Positions 17,324 to 25,261 of a DNA stretch of 35,564 nt are shown here, in pieces. Both the position numbers and the translations under genes were made by a program. Each line of letters opens with the position of its first letter. Positions within the stretch are counted from its first letter, which is position 1. The DNA comes from an uncultured Iamiaceae bacterium (GTDB lineage Bacteria > Actinomycetota > Acidimicrobiia > Acidimicrobiales > DATDAH01), in assembly GCA_964438115.1 (NCBI GenBank), contig CAYTJS010000001.1:1-35564 (forward strand), given 5' to 3'. A model generated the notes under the pieces. That model saw only the letters and a program-made list of their open reading frames with translations. It did not search any database and was not told the DNA's origin.

Positions 17324-19303
17324 ATGGCCTACTCGACCCTGAAGCGCATCATCGTGGGTCGCCCGCTGGAGACCCACCTCGAGCACGAGCAGCGTCTGGG
17401 CAAGCCCACCGCCCTCGCCGTGTTCGCCTCCGACGCCATCTCGTCGACGGCGTACGCCACCGAGGAGATCCTGGCCGTCCTGGTCCCACTGGCGGCCATG
17501 GCCGCCCTCGACTACCTCGTCCCCCTGTCGCTCGTGGTGGTCGTGCTCCTGACCATCGTGGTCACGTCCTACTACCAGACGATCCATGCCTACCCCAGTG
17601 GCGGCGGCTCCTACGTGGTGTCCCGGGAGAACCTGGGCCAGAACGCCTCGCTGGTGGCCGGGGCCTCCCTCCTGGTCGACTACACGCTGACCGTGGCCGT
17701 GTCGATCTCGGCCGGCGTGGCCGCCATCACCTCGGCCGCCCCCGAGCTGCGCGGCCTCGAAGTCCCCATCGGCGTCGGGCTGATCGCCATCCTCACGCTG
17801 GGCAACCTGCGCGGGGTGAAGGAGTCGGGCCGGGTCTTCGCCGTGCCCACCTACGGCTACATCGTCGCCCTGGGCCTGCTCCTCGCCGTGGGCCTCTTCC
17901 GCAGTTACACCGGCTCGCTCCCCCCGCTCCCTGTGAACCAGGAGGCCCTCGACCAGGTCACCGAGAACGGCGCCTTGGTCACCGGGGTCACGCTCTTCGC
18001 CCTGCTCCGGGCCTTCTCGTCGGGCGCCGTGGCCCTGACCGGCGTCGAGGCCATCTCCAACGGTGTCAGCGCCTTCCGGCGGCCCGAGCCCGGCAACGCC
18101 TCCCGGACGCTCATGTGGATGGCCACCATCCTTGGCGGGTTCTTCTTCGCGATCTCGCTGCTGGCCCACCGCCTCCGGCCGACCCTGTCGGAGGACCAGA
18201 CGATCCTGTCGATCATGGGCCGGGCCGTCTTCGGCGGCGACAACCCGATGTATTTCGCCCTGCAGACGTTCACGGCGGCGATCCTCATCCTGGCCGCCAA
18301 CACCGCCTACGCCGACTTCCCCCGGCTGGCGTCGATCATGGCCGGTGACCGGTTCCTGCCCCGCCAGTTCGCCAACCGGGGCGACCGCCTGGTGTTCTCC
18401 AACGGCGTCGTGATCCTGGCCGTGGCCGCCACCACGCTGATCGTGGCCTTCGGCGGCGACACCACGGCCCTGATCCCGCTCTACGCGGTGGGCGTGTTCA
18501 CCGCCTTCACCCTCTCCCAGGCCGGGATGGTCGTCCACCACCGCCGCCTGCGGGAGCCGCACTGGAAGCGGGGCGTCGCCATCAATGCCACCGGCACGGT
18601 GGCCACCTTCATCGTGCTCCTCGTCGTCCTGATCTCGAAGTTCACGATCGGGGCCTGGATCCCCGCCATCCTCATCCCGCTCATCATGGTGGCCCTCAAG
18701 GCCGTCCACCGGCACTACGCCACCGTGGGCCGGTCCCTCGCCGCCCCGGTGGACTGGTCCCCTCCCTCGCGGAGCCACACCGCCGTCGTGTTGCTGGGCG
18801 GCGTGCACCGCAGCTCGCTGCTCGCCGTCGAGTACGCCAAGGTGCTCCACCCCGAGCACCTCGTGGCCCTCACCGTGGCCCAGGACGAGGAGGCCGAGGC
18901 CCGGGTCCGGGCCGACTGGGCGGCCCGCAGCCTCGACATCCCCCTCGAGGTGGTCGAGGCGCCCTACCGCGATCTGGTCCCGCCGGTGCTGGCCTTCCTC
19001 GACGGCCTCGACGCCACCAACGGCGAGGACCACGTCACCACCGTCATCATCCCCGAGTTCGTGGTCCGCAAGTGGTGGGAGCAGTTCTTCCACAACCAGA
19101 ACGCGCTCGCCCTGAAGGCCCGCCTGCTGTTCCGGCCGCGGACGGTGGTGACCTCGGTGCCCTTCCACATCGGCGTCGACGACGAGCCCCAGGGCCCTCC
19201 GCCCTCCGAGGACCCCGTCGAGGAACCGCAGCCGGTCAGCGCCGGATCGGACGGGAGTGGTCCCAGTCGGCCAGGAGCGTCCGCAGCGCCGTCAGGAGGA
19301 TGA
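17324..19303 (+). CDS. kimA: APC-superfamily transporter of the KimA (YdaO) K+/H+ symporter type, with a C-terminal cytoplasmic domain
   Basis: 659 aa from ATG 17324 (or GTG 17321). It carries blocks I recognise from KimA-type proteins: KRIIVGRPL, ALAVFASDAISSTAYATEEIL, SLLVDYTLTVAVSISAG, LTGVEAISN, LAANTAY, RGDRLVFSNG, IPLYAVGVFTAFTLSQAGM and HNQNAL. The 800-aa N-terminal extension of the track ORF is antisense to kdpD. The symbol is tentative and indicates family level only. Confidence 0.8.
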   Translation: MAYSTLKRIIVGRPLETHLEHEQRLGKPTALAVFASDAISSTAYATEEILAVLVPLAAMAALDYLVPLSLVVVVLLTIVVTSYYQTIHAYPSGGGSYVVSRENLGQNASLVAGASLLVDYTLTVAVSISAGVAAITSAAPELRGLEVPIGVGLIAILTLGNLRGVKESGRVFAVPTYGYIVALGLLLAVGLFRSYTGSLPPLPVNQEALDQVTENGALVTGVTLFALLRAFSSGAVALTGVEAISNGVSAFRRPEPGNASRTLMWMATILGGFFFAISLLAHRLRPTLSEDQTILSIMGRAVFGGDNPMYFALQTFTAAILILAANTAYADFPRLASIMAGDRFLPRQFANRGDRLVFSNGVVILAVAATTLIVAFGGDTTALIPLYAVGVFTAFTLSQAGMVVHHRRLREPHWKRGVAINATGTVATFIVLLVVLISKFTIGAWIPAILIPLIMVALKAVHRHYATVGRSLAAPVDWSPPSRSHTAVVLLGGVHRSSLLAVEYAKVLHPEHLVALTVAQDEEAEARVRADWAARSLDIPLEVVEAPYRDLVPPVLAFLDGLDATNGEDHVTTVIIPEFVVRKWWEQFFHNQNALALKARLLFRPRTVVTSVPFHIGVDDEPQGPPPSEDPVEEPQPVSAGSDGSGPSRPGASAAPSGG

Positions 19304-20141
19304 GCGGCTGGTCGAGCATCGCGTGGTGCCCGGCCAACGGCAGCTCGATCACCGGGGTGACCCGGCCCATCCGCTCGTACATCGACGCCCCGATGTCGGC
19401 GGTGACCAGCCCGCACTCGGAGCGCAGCAGGGCCAGGCGGCAGGCGACGCCGCTCACGTAGGGCAGGGCGATGCCCCGCATGCCGCCGGCGAACTGGCTG
19501 AAGATCCCACGGTCGAACTTCCACGCGTAGCCACCCTCCACGGCGCGCAGCGAACGGCGCCCCACGTGGTCCATCACGAAGTCCAGGTAGTGGTCCTGGG
19601 CGGGCACGGTGCGGAAATGGGCCAGGGCGTCCTCCACCGTGGTGTACGTGCGGGGCGCCCCGAAGGCCTCCTTCAGGCGGAAGGCCCCGACCTCGGGGTC
19701 GGGCTCGGTCACCGGCGAGTCGCAGACCACGGCGACCGGGTCGCCGTGGCGGGCGGCGGTGGCGATGGTGACGAAGCCGCCCATGCTGTGGCCGACGACG
19801 ACCGGCGGACCGTCGACCCCCGCCGCCTCGGCCGCGGCCATGACCTCGTCGGTCCACACCTCGATGTCGTAGTGGTCCCGGTGGCCGCTGTCACCGTGAC
19901 CCGAGAGGTCGACGGCCACCACCCGGAAGTCGTCGGCGAAGCGGGCGGCCACGTGGGTCCACCAATGGGCCTGGGCCCCGCCGCCGTGCACGAAGACGAG
20001 CCCCCGGCGCCCGGGGGTACCCCAGGCGAGGAGGTGGATGCGGGCCCCGTGGACCTCGACCTCGAGGTCCTCGAAGGGGACGGCCAGCGCCGCCCGGAAC
20101 CAGTCCGGGGCGTCGGGGTGGAGGGGGACGGGCGTGCTCAT
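19236..20141 (-). CDS. Alpha/beta-fold hydrolase
   Basis: It has an HGGG-type oxyanion region (LVFVHGGGAQAHWW), a nucleophile elbow GHSMGG, and a C-terminal His (LAGHHAML). ATG 20141 overlaps the upstream stop (ATGA). Confidence 0.85.
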   Translation of the reverse strand: MSTPVPLHPDAPDWFRAALAVPFEDLEVEVHGARIHLLAWGTPGRRGLVFVHGGGAQAHWWTHVAARFADDFRVVAVDLSGHGDSGHRDHYDIEVWTDEVMAAAEAAGVDGPPVVVGHSMGGFVTIATAARHGDPVAVVCDSPVTEPDPEVGAFRLKEAFGAPRTYTTVEDALAHFRTVPAQDHYLDFVMDHVGRRSLRAVEGGYAWKFDRGIFSQFAGGMRGIALPYVSGVACRLALLRSECGLVTADIGASMYERMGRVTPVIELPLAGHHAMLDQPLILLTALRTLLADWDHSRPIRR

Positions 20142-21004
20142 CCGTCGAGGCGGCAGATCTGGATCCACTGCTCGGCGTCGGGGCGGGCCAGCAACTCCTG
20201 GACCTCCGCCGAGAGGGGCTGCGCCCCGGTGGTGGCCTCGGCGGTGGAGGACACCGCCGTGGTGGCCCGCACGCCGTCGACCCGAGCGTCGTCGGCGACC
20301 GAGAAGACCTTCACGAGGCGCGTCAGGCGCAGCCCGGACCGGGCCGCGGGGGCGACGGTGACCTCCATCCGCAGCGGCCGGCTGGCCCCGGCCGCCAACG
20401 GCCGGGTCCGGTAGGTCCCGGCCACGACAGCGGCGGTCACGTCGCGGCTGCCCTCGAGGTAGCGGACCGTGAAGGGCCCCGAGGAGCGCTGGCCCAGGAC
20501 CCGCAGGCGGTCGGCGGCGTTGCCGGCGTTGCGCAGCTTGACGGTGAAGGTGGCGGTCCGGCCGGGGCGCACGCGGGCGGTCCATCCCTGGCCCGTGCCG
20601 GTGGCGCCGAGGACGTCGGCCCCGATGAAGGCCCCCGTGGCGCCGATGCGGAGCTGGGCGTCGGGACGGCGGACGGTGCCGGGACAGCCGTCGGTGGTGA
20701 ACGTCCAACGGTGGGGCGTCACCGGGTCACCCTCGGCGTCGAGGAGGTCGGCGGTGACGTCGACCCGGTACTCGGTGCAGGGCATGAGGTCGGCGTCGGG
20801 CTGGAACCCGATGGAGTGGGCCCCCGAGTCCGGGCCGTAGGGCACCACCCGGGGAAAGCCGGGGTGGGCGGGCACCGGGTCACCCGACGCCACCTCGGTG
20901 AGGGTCATGGCGGTGGCGGGCAGGGCCGCCGGGGGCCCACCGGGGCTGCCGACGTAGGGCAGCGGTTGGCTGAGCACGGCCATGATCCGGCTGGCCGACG
21001 CCAC
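20138..21004 (-). CDS. Ig-like/CARDB-like beta-sandwich domain region; probably the C-terminal part of the upstream PLC-like gene
   Basis: The sequence SRIMAVLSQPLPYV...TEYRVDVTADLLDAEGDPV resembles an SbsA-type Ig domain. The sequence TATFTVKLRNAGNAADRLRV is CARDB-like. It has no signal peptide or Shine-Dalgarno sequence of its own. It overlaps the PLC-frame ORF by 125 nt. Confidence 0.5.
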   Translation of the reverse strand: MASASRIMAVLSQPLPYVGSPGGPPAALPATAMTLTEVASGDPVPAHPGFPRVVPYGPDSGAHSIGFQPDADLMPCTEYRVDVTADLLDAEGDPVTPHRWTFTTDGCPGTVRRPDAQLRIGATGAFIGADVLGATGTGQGWTARVRPGRTATFTVKLRNAGNAADRLRVLGQRSSGPFTVRYLEGSRDVTAAVVAGTYRTRPLAAGASRPLRMEVTVAPAARSGLRLTRLVKVFSVADDARVDGVRATTAVSSTAEATTGAQPLSAEVQELLARPDAEQWIQICRLDG

Positions 21005-21938
21005 CCCCGCCCACCCGTGAGCCGGGGAGGAAGGCGGCGCGGTCCCAGCCCGTGGCCGGCACCTCCACCTGGCCGGCGGCCGGGTAGGTGGTGCCGACGG
21101 TGGCGGGCGTCGGGGTACCGAGCATCCGCAGCCAGAGGTCGTCCCAGGCGGCGGCGATGGCCCGCGCCGCGAAGCGGATACCGCCGGGCGCCGTCACGAT
21201 GTGCGAGGACGTCCAGGGCATGTTCGCCGTGATCTGGTCGTGGTGGCGCGCGGCAAAGGTGCGGTCAGCGATTCGGGCCACCGAGATGGCCGTGTAGCCG
21301 AGGTCCAGCTCGGCGCCGTCGACGTCGCCCCGGCCCACCCCGGCGAAGACCCGGACGAGCTTGGCCCGGCTGGGCCACGGGGCAATCGCGGGGGTGGTGC
21401 GGCGGCCGTAGTCCTCGATGGCGATCATGTCCATCTGCAGCTCCAGGCCGTCGCGGCTGAAGTCCTGCTGCACCAGCACTGGGGGCAGGTAACGCTCACC
21501 TCGGTCGACGGCGGCGGGCTCGAAGAGCCAGTCCCACACCTCGTCGCCGATGCCGTGACCCACGGCGCCCATCAGGTGGGCGATGCGCTCGGCGCAGGGG
21601 CCGTTGCGAGCCCGCAGGTTCCCACAGGCGGGATCGGCGGCGATCTGGTCGGCGTACGTGTTGGCGAAGCGCCGCCAGTGGGCCTCCTCGCCGTAGGTGG
21701 TGCCGGGCGCGTAGCCGCTGTCCGGAAAGTGGGCCCCGCTCTCGATGAGGTCACGGTGGGCCGTCAGCAGGGCCCGCAGGTCCGGGTCCTCGACCCGGGG
21801 CACCGCCTCGAGGGCCATCCAGCTGTGGGTGATGATGCCGGAGGCCCCGGCTGGCTGGGGCCAGGCCAGCACCCCGGCGCCGACGACGACGGCCAGCGCC
21901 CCGGCCGCCATCGCCCGTCCGACCCGTCGTCCTCGCAC
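20880..21938 (-). CDS. Secreted zinc-dependent phospholipase C-family protein (catalytic part)
   Basis: It has a signal peptide (RGRRVGRAMAAGALAVVVGAGVLAWPQPAGA) followed by GIITHSWMALEA...GAHFPDSGY, which is typical of Zn_dep_PLPC. The last 40 or so aa of this frame (GGGGVGQPDHGRAQPTAALRRQ...) look like out-of-frame junk. The start is GTG 21938 or ATG 21911. Confidence 0.7.
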   Translation of the reverse strand: MRGRRVGRAMAAGALAVVVGAGVLAWPQPAGASGIITHSWMALEAVPRVEDPDLRALLTAHRDLIESGAHFPDSGYAPGTTYGEEAHWRRFANTYADQIAADPACGNLRARNGPCAERIAHLMGAVGHGIGDEVWDWLFEPAAVDRGERYLPPVLVQQDFSRDGLELQMDMIAIEDYGRRTTPAIAPWPSRAKLVRVFAGVGRGDVDGAELDLGYTAISVARIADRTFAARHHDQITANMPWTSSHIVTAPGGIRFAARAIAAAWDDLWLRMLGTPTPATVGTTYPAAGQVEVPATGWDRAAFLPGSRVGGGGVGQPDHGRAQPTAALRRQPRWAPGGPARHRHDPHRGGVG

Positions 21939-22033
21939 CCGCAGTACCCCCTCGTCCCGACCGGCGCAGGCTAGGAGCGGCACCGGGGAGGGACAAGGCC
22001 GTCCCGGCCGACGACACCGGAATGACAGTGGTG

Positions 22034-22039
22034 TAAGTT
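22034..22039 (+). promoter_or_regulatory. Candidate -10 (TAAGTT) for a leaderless tdk transcript
   Basis: A TANNNT hexamer ends 6 nt before ATG 22046, in an unusually AT-rich patch (aatgacagtggtgtaagtt). Confidence 0.35.
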
Positions 22040-22045
22040 CGGGCC

Positions 22046-22675
22046 ATGGGCCTGCTGCGGTTCTCGTTCGGGACGATGGGGTCGGGCAAGAGCACCCTCG
22101 CCCTGCAGATCCACCACAACCTCTCGTCGCGGGACCTGCGGGGTCTGCTGTGCACCCAGCTCGACCGCGACGGCGCCCAGGTCACCTCGCGGCTGGGGGT
22201 GTCGGCCCAGGCCGTCGACGTCGGCGCCAAGCTGGACTTCCTCGCCTTGGCCACCGGCTACGCCGAGCGCCACGGCGGCCTCGACTACCTGGTGTGTGAC
22301 GAGGCCCAGTTCTACACGCCGACCCAGGTCGAGCAGCTGGCCCGGGTGGTCGACGAGCTGGACGCCGACGTGCACGCCCTGGGCCTGCTCACCGACTTCC
22401 GGGGCCGCCTCTTCGAGGGGTCGGCCCGGCTGCTGGAGCTGGCCGACGAGCGGGTCGAGGTGCAGGTCGAGGCCCGCTGCTGGTGCGGGGCCCGGGCCAC
22501 CCAGAACGCCCGGCTGGTCAACGGCCGCCAGGTCTACGACGGCGAGGTCGTGGTCGTGGGCGACACCGCCGACGACGAGGCCGTGGTCAGCTACGAGCTG
22601 CTCTGCCGCCGCCACTGGATGGCCGGCGAGACCGGTCGCGTCGCCGACGACGCCACCGCCCTCACCACCGCCTGA
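22046..22675 (+). CDS. tdk: Thymidine kinase
   Basis: It has the P-loop GTMGSGKST, the DEAQF motif, and a C-terminal Zn-ribbon-like segment (CWCG...CRRH). Confidence 0.92.
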   Translation: MGLLRFSFGTMGSGKSTLALQIHHNLSSRDLRGLLCTQLDRDGAQVTSRLGVSAQAVDVGAKLDFLALATGYAERHGGLDYLVCDEAQFYTPTQVEQLARVVDELDADVHALGLLTDFRGRLFEGSARLLELADERVEVQVEARCWCGARATQNARLVNGRQVYDGEVVVVGDTADDEAVVSYELLCRRHWMAGETGRVADDATALTTA

Positions 22676-22681
22676 TCCGCT

Positions 22682-22726
22682 CGAGGCGCCCGCACCCCGT
22701 TTCGGAGGGCTGGTGCCTCGACCTCA
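22682..22726 (-). repeat. Copy 1 of a conserved 45-nt hairpin element (probable 3'-end or terminator module)
   Basis: The stem is TCGAGGCGCC/GGTGCCTCGA (22681..22721), with an inner CCCCG-TTT-CGG stem. It begins at the reverse-strand stop codon of the 168-aa ORF and lies 6 nt after the tdk stop. It matches copy 2 at 37 of 45 positions, including the identical 17-mer CCCGCACCCCGTTTCGG. Confidence 0.5.
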
Positions 22727-23230
22727 CCGGGGATCAGGGTCGAGGCGGGGCGGGCTCCAGGCCAAGCGCGGCCCGTGAACGCCCCGACGAGGGGTGGCGT
22801 CGAGACGGGCGACGGCGTCAGTCACCGCCCTGCGCAGCTCGTCGCGACGCACGGGGTGGTACAGCAGCGTCGTGCCGGCCAGGGTCTCGTCGTGACGTTC
22901 GGCGGTGGGGCGGGCCACCTGCACGATCACCGAGGCCCCGTCCCGAAGTTCGCCGGCGACCGCAGCGGGAAGCGCGCGGCTGTGCTCGTCGCTGGAGCGG
23001 AAGTCGCACACCACCACGTCGGCGTGGGCCGCCGTCGGGCAGTGGCCGTGTTCGACGGCAGGGCAGACCTCACCAGGATCGGGGCCCCCGCAGTCGACGA
23101 CGACGTAGTCGTCGCCCAGCGCCACCTTGACGGCGTGACGCAGGGCCGGGTCCCGGGACTCGACGAGCACCCGCGCCCGGACGTCCCGGACGGGCCACGG
23201 TGGCGGCTCGATCACTCGCTGCCGGACCAT
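22724..23230 (-). CDS. Hypothetical protein, receiver-like alpha/beta pattern with a Cys/His cluster
   Basis: GC3 is about 90%. A strong Shine-Dalgarno sequence (GGAGGAGGAGG) lies 6 nt before ATG 23230. Alternating hydrophobic strands are present (RVLVES, YVVVDC, DVVVCDF, SVIVQV, TLLYHP), together with a C-x8-C-x4-H-x-H-C cluster. I do not recognise a family. Confidence 0.5.
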   Translation of the reverse strand: MVRQRVIEPPPWPVRDVRARVLVESRDPALRHAVKVALGDDYVVVDCGGPDPGEVCPAVEHGHCPTAAHADVVVCDFRSSDEHSRALPAAVAGELRDGASVIVQVARPTAERHDETLAGTTLLYHPVRRDELRRAVTDAVARLDATPRRGVHGPRLAWSPPRLDPDPR

Positions 23231-23323
23231 GGCCACCTCCTCCTCCGGTCCCCGATACGCCTGCCACGGTGTCATCGGGCAGCCTGCGGACCAGGGCCAA
23301 AGGTCCCGAGCCCGGATCGAGGC

Positions 23324-23368
23324 CGAGGCACCCGCACCCCGTTTCGGGGGGGCACTGCCTCGGGCTCA
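23324..23368 (-). repeat. Copy 2 of the conserved 45-nt hairpin element (probable terminator of the ThDP gene)
   Basis: The stem is CCGAGGCA/TGCCTCGG (23323..23363), with an inner CCCCG-TTT-CGGGG stem. It begins at the reverse-strand stop codon of the ThDP enzyme gene (23366..23368). It has the same orientation as copy 1. Confidence 0.5.
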
Positions 23369-24928
23369 GGACGAGCGGCGGAACATCACCTCGACCAGGC
23401 GAGGGCCGGGCTCGGCGAAGGAACGGTCGAGGGCCCGGATGAGCTCGTCGGTGGTGGTGACCCGCTCCCCGGCCACGCCCTGGGCGGCGGCCAGCCCGAC
23501 GAAGTCGAGGTCGGGGGACCCCAGCGAGGTGAGCGAAGCCGCCACCGGCCCGGTGGTCAGGCCCGCCCGGTCGAACTCGTGCTCGAGGATGCGGTAGCGG
23601 CCGTTGTTGGCCAGCACGACGGTGACGTCGAGGCCCTCCCGGGCCGCCGTCCACAACGACTGGATCGTGTACATGGCGCTGCCGTCGGCCTGGAAGGCCA
23701 CCACCCGGCGGTCGGGGCAGGCCACCGCGGCCCCGACGGCAGTGGGCAACCCGCCCCCGATGGCGCCGCCCATGACCGTGAGCAGGGTGAAGGGTGCGGC
23801 CCCGGCGGCGTCGGCCCGGAACGGCCCGCCTGAGGTCAGGCTCTCCTGGACGACCACGGCCTCCTCGGGCAGGGCCCGGGCCAGCGCCCGCCCGAGGGTG
23901 CCCGGGTGCAGCGGCCCGGCGGCGGGTTCGAGCGGCGCGGTACCGACGATCGGGGCCGGCGGGGCGGCGAGGGCCTCGGCCAGGGCGCCGGCGGCGGCCT
24001 CTACGTCGTCGTCGGGCCCGGCCAGGACCAGCCGACGACAGCCCTCGGGCAGGAGCCGGGAGGGCTGGTCCTCGTAACCGAAGAAGGTGACCGGCTCGGG
24101 CACGCCCGCCAGCAGGGCGGTGGCGGCCCCGGCCAGGGCATCACGGGCGGGCTCGGGGAAGTACGGGAGCTCGGGGAGGAAGGCGCGGCCCCGCCCCTGC
24201 TCGACCCGGGCCGAGCGCAGGATCCAGGCCCGGCCGTCGACGACGGCGGCGATGCGGGCCAGGGCGGCCTGGGCCGGCGCCGACAGCCACGCGCCACCGG
24301 CGATCACCACGACGGGACCGGGCGCGGCCCGCAGCTCGCGGGCCACGGCCTCGACCCGGTCGTCGGCAACCACGGTCGGTCCACCACCGGTCGGCGTGGT
24401 GGCGTCGGCCGCGACCCCCGGGGCGTCGGCCAGGTCGGAGGGCAGGACCACCGAGGCGATGTGGCCGTGGCCGGTGGTCGCGGCCGCCACCGCCGCCGCC
24501 ACGGTCGGGCCCACGCCCGCCCGGTCCGGCACCCGGTGGACCGAACCGGCCCACCCGCCGACGGCCTCGATGTCGGAGGTCAGGGGGGCGTCGGCGGCGA
24601 GGTGCCAGGTGGCCTGGTCGCCGATGAGGTTCACCAGCGGCGACTGCGCCCGCCGGGCGTTGTGCTGGTTGGCCAGGCCGTTCACGAACCCGGGGCCGAG
24701 GTGATAGATCCCCAGGGCCGGGCGCCGGGCCATCCGGGCGTAGCCGTCGGCCGCTCCCGCCAGCACGCCCTCGAACAGCCCGAGGACCGCCCGCACCTCG
24801 GGCACCCGGTCCAGGGCGGCGACCAGCCCCAGCTCGGTCGTGCCGGGGTTGGCGAAGCAGACGTCGATCCCTGCGGCCAAGGCCGTGCGCAGGGTGGTCT
24901 CGGCGCCGGTCGGGAGGAGTCCGGTCAC
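23366..24928 (-). CDS. Thiamine-diphosphate-dependent enzyme (acetolactate synthase large-subunit-like)
   Basis: It has an N-terminal Pyr domain (FANPGTTELGLVAAL...GAADGYARM) and a C-terminal PP domain (FQADGSAMYTIQSLWTAAREGLDVTVVLANNGRY). GTG start at 24928. Confidence 0.85.
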   Translation of the reverse strand: MTGLLPTGAETTLRTALAAGIDVCFANPGTTELGLVAALDRVPEVRAVLGLFEGVLAGAADGYARMARRPALGIYHLGPGFVNGLANQHNARRAQSPLVNLIGDQATWHLAADAPLTSDIEAVGGWAGSVHRVPDRAGVGPTVAAAVAAATTGHGHIASVVLPSDLADAPGVAADATTPTGGGPTVVADDRVEAVARELRAAPGPVVVIAGGAWLSAPAQAALARIAAVVDGRAWILRSARVEQGRGRAFLPELPYFPEPARDALAGAATALLAGVPEPVTFFGYEDQPSRLLPEGCRRLVLAGPDDDVEAAAGALAEALAAPPAPIVGTAPLEPAAGPLHPGTLGRALARALPEEAVVVQESLTSGGPFRADAAGAAPFTLLTVMGGAIGGGLPTAVGAAVACPDRRVVAFQADGSAMYTIQSLWTAAREGLDVTVVLANNGRYRILEHEFDRAGLTTGPVAASLTSLGSPDLDFVGLAAAQGVAGERVTTTDELIRALDRSFAEPGPRLVEVMFRRSS

Positions 24929-24953
24929 CGCCCCATGGTGGTGGACGCGCCGG

Positions 24954-25241
24954 TCAGCTGCGGACCAGGCGGCCGATGGCGGCGGTGGCCTCGTCGATCC
25001 TGGCGGGGCCGTCGGGGCCGCCGGCGGCCACGGCCTCGGTGACGCAGTGCGACAGGTGCTCGTGCACCAGGCCCAGGGCCACCTGCTGCAGGGCCCGGGT
25101 CACGGCCGAGACCTGGTCGAGGACGTCGATGCAGTACCGCTCCTCGTCGACCATCCGGGCGATCCCCCGCACCTGACCTTCGATGCGGGCCAACCGCTTG
25201 GCGATGTCGTCCTTCTGCATGGCGTAACCGGCCACGGGCAC
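24954..25241 (-). CDS. csoR: CsoR-family copper-sensing repressor
   Basis: It has the RLARIEGQVRGIARMV motif and the Cu(I) ligand set C-H-C (YCIDVL...HLSHC). The start is ambiguous: GTG 25241, GTG 25235 or ATG 25220. An AAGGGAG Shine-Dalgarno sequence abuts 25241. Confidence 0.85.
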   Translation of the reverse strand: MPVAGYAMQKDDIAKRLARIEGQVRGIARMVDEERYCIDVLDQVSAVTRALQQVALGLVHEHLSHCVTEAVAAGGPDGPARIDEATAAIGRLVRS

Positions 25242-25261
25242 TCCCTTCTCGGTTGGATCGC

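Noticed and set aside
19236-19303. A 68-nt convergent overlap of the 3' ends of the KimA-like gene and the hydrolase gene, which might allow antisense interference.
   Set aside because: The transporter tail here is a low-complexity Pro/Ser/Gly extension that may be poorly conserved. Similar convergent overlaps occur elsewhere in the window (2594..2597, 4571..4578, 7159..7203 and 14034..14052), so this looks like general genome compaction.
22676-23368. The 168-aa ORF bracketed by two similar hairpins, read as an integron-like gene cassette with attC sites.
   Set aside because: There is no integrase, attI or cassette array. The hairpins are shorter than typical attC sites, and each sits exactly at the 3' end of a gene, as a terminator would. 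A REP/terminator-type element is the more economical reading.
24929-24953. The ThDP enzyme gene starts only 25 nt after csoR with no hairpin between them, so it might belong to the copper-regulated transcript.
   Set aside because: Proximity is the only evidence. There is no functional link and no coupling overlap, and an internal promoter cannot be excluded from sequence alone.
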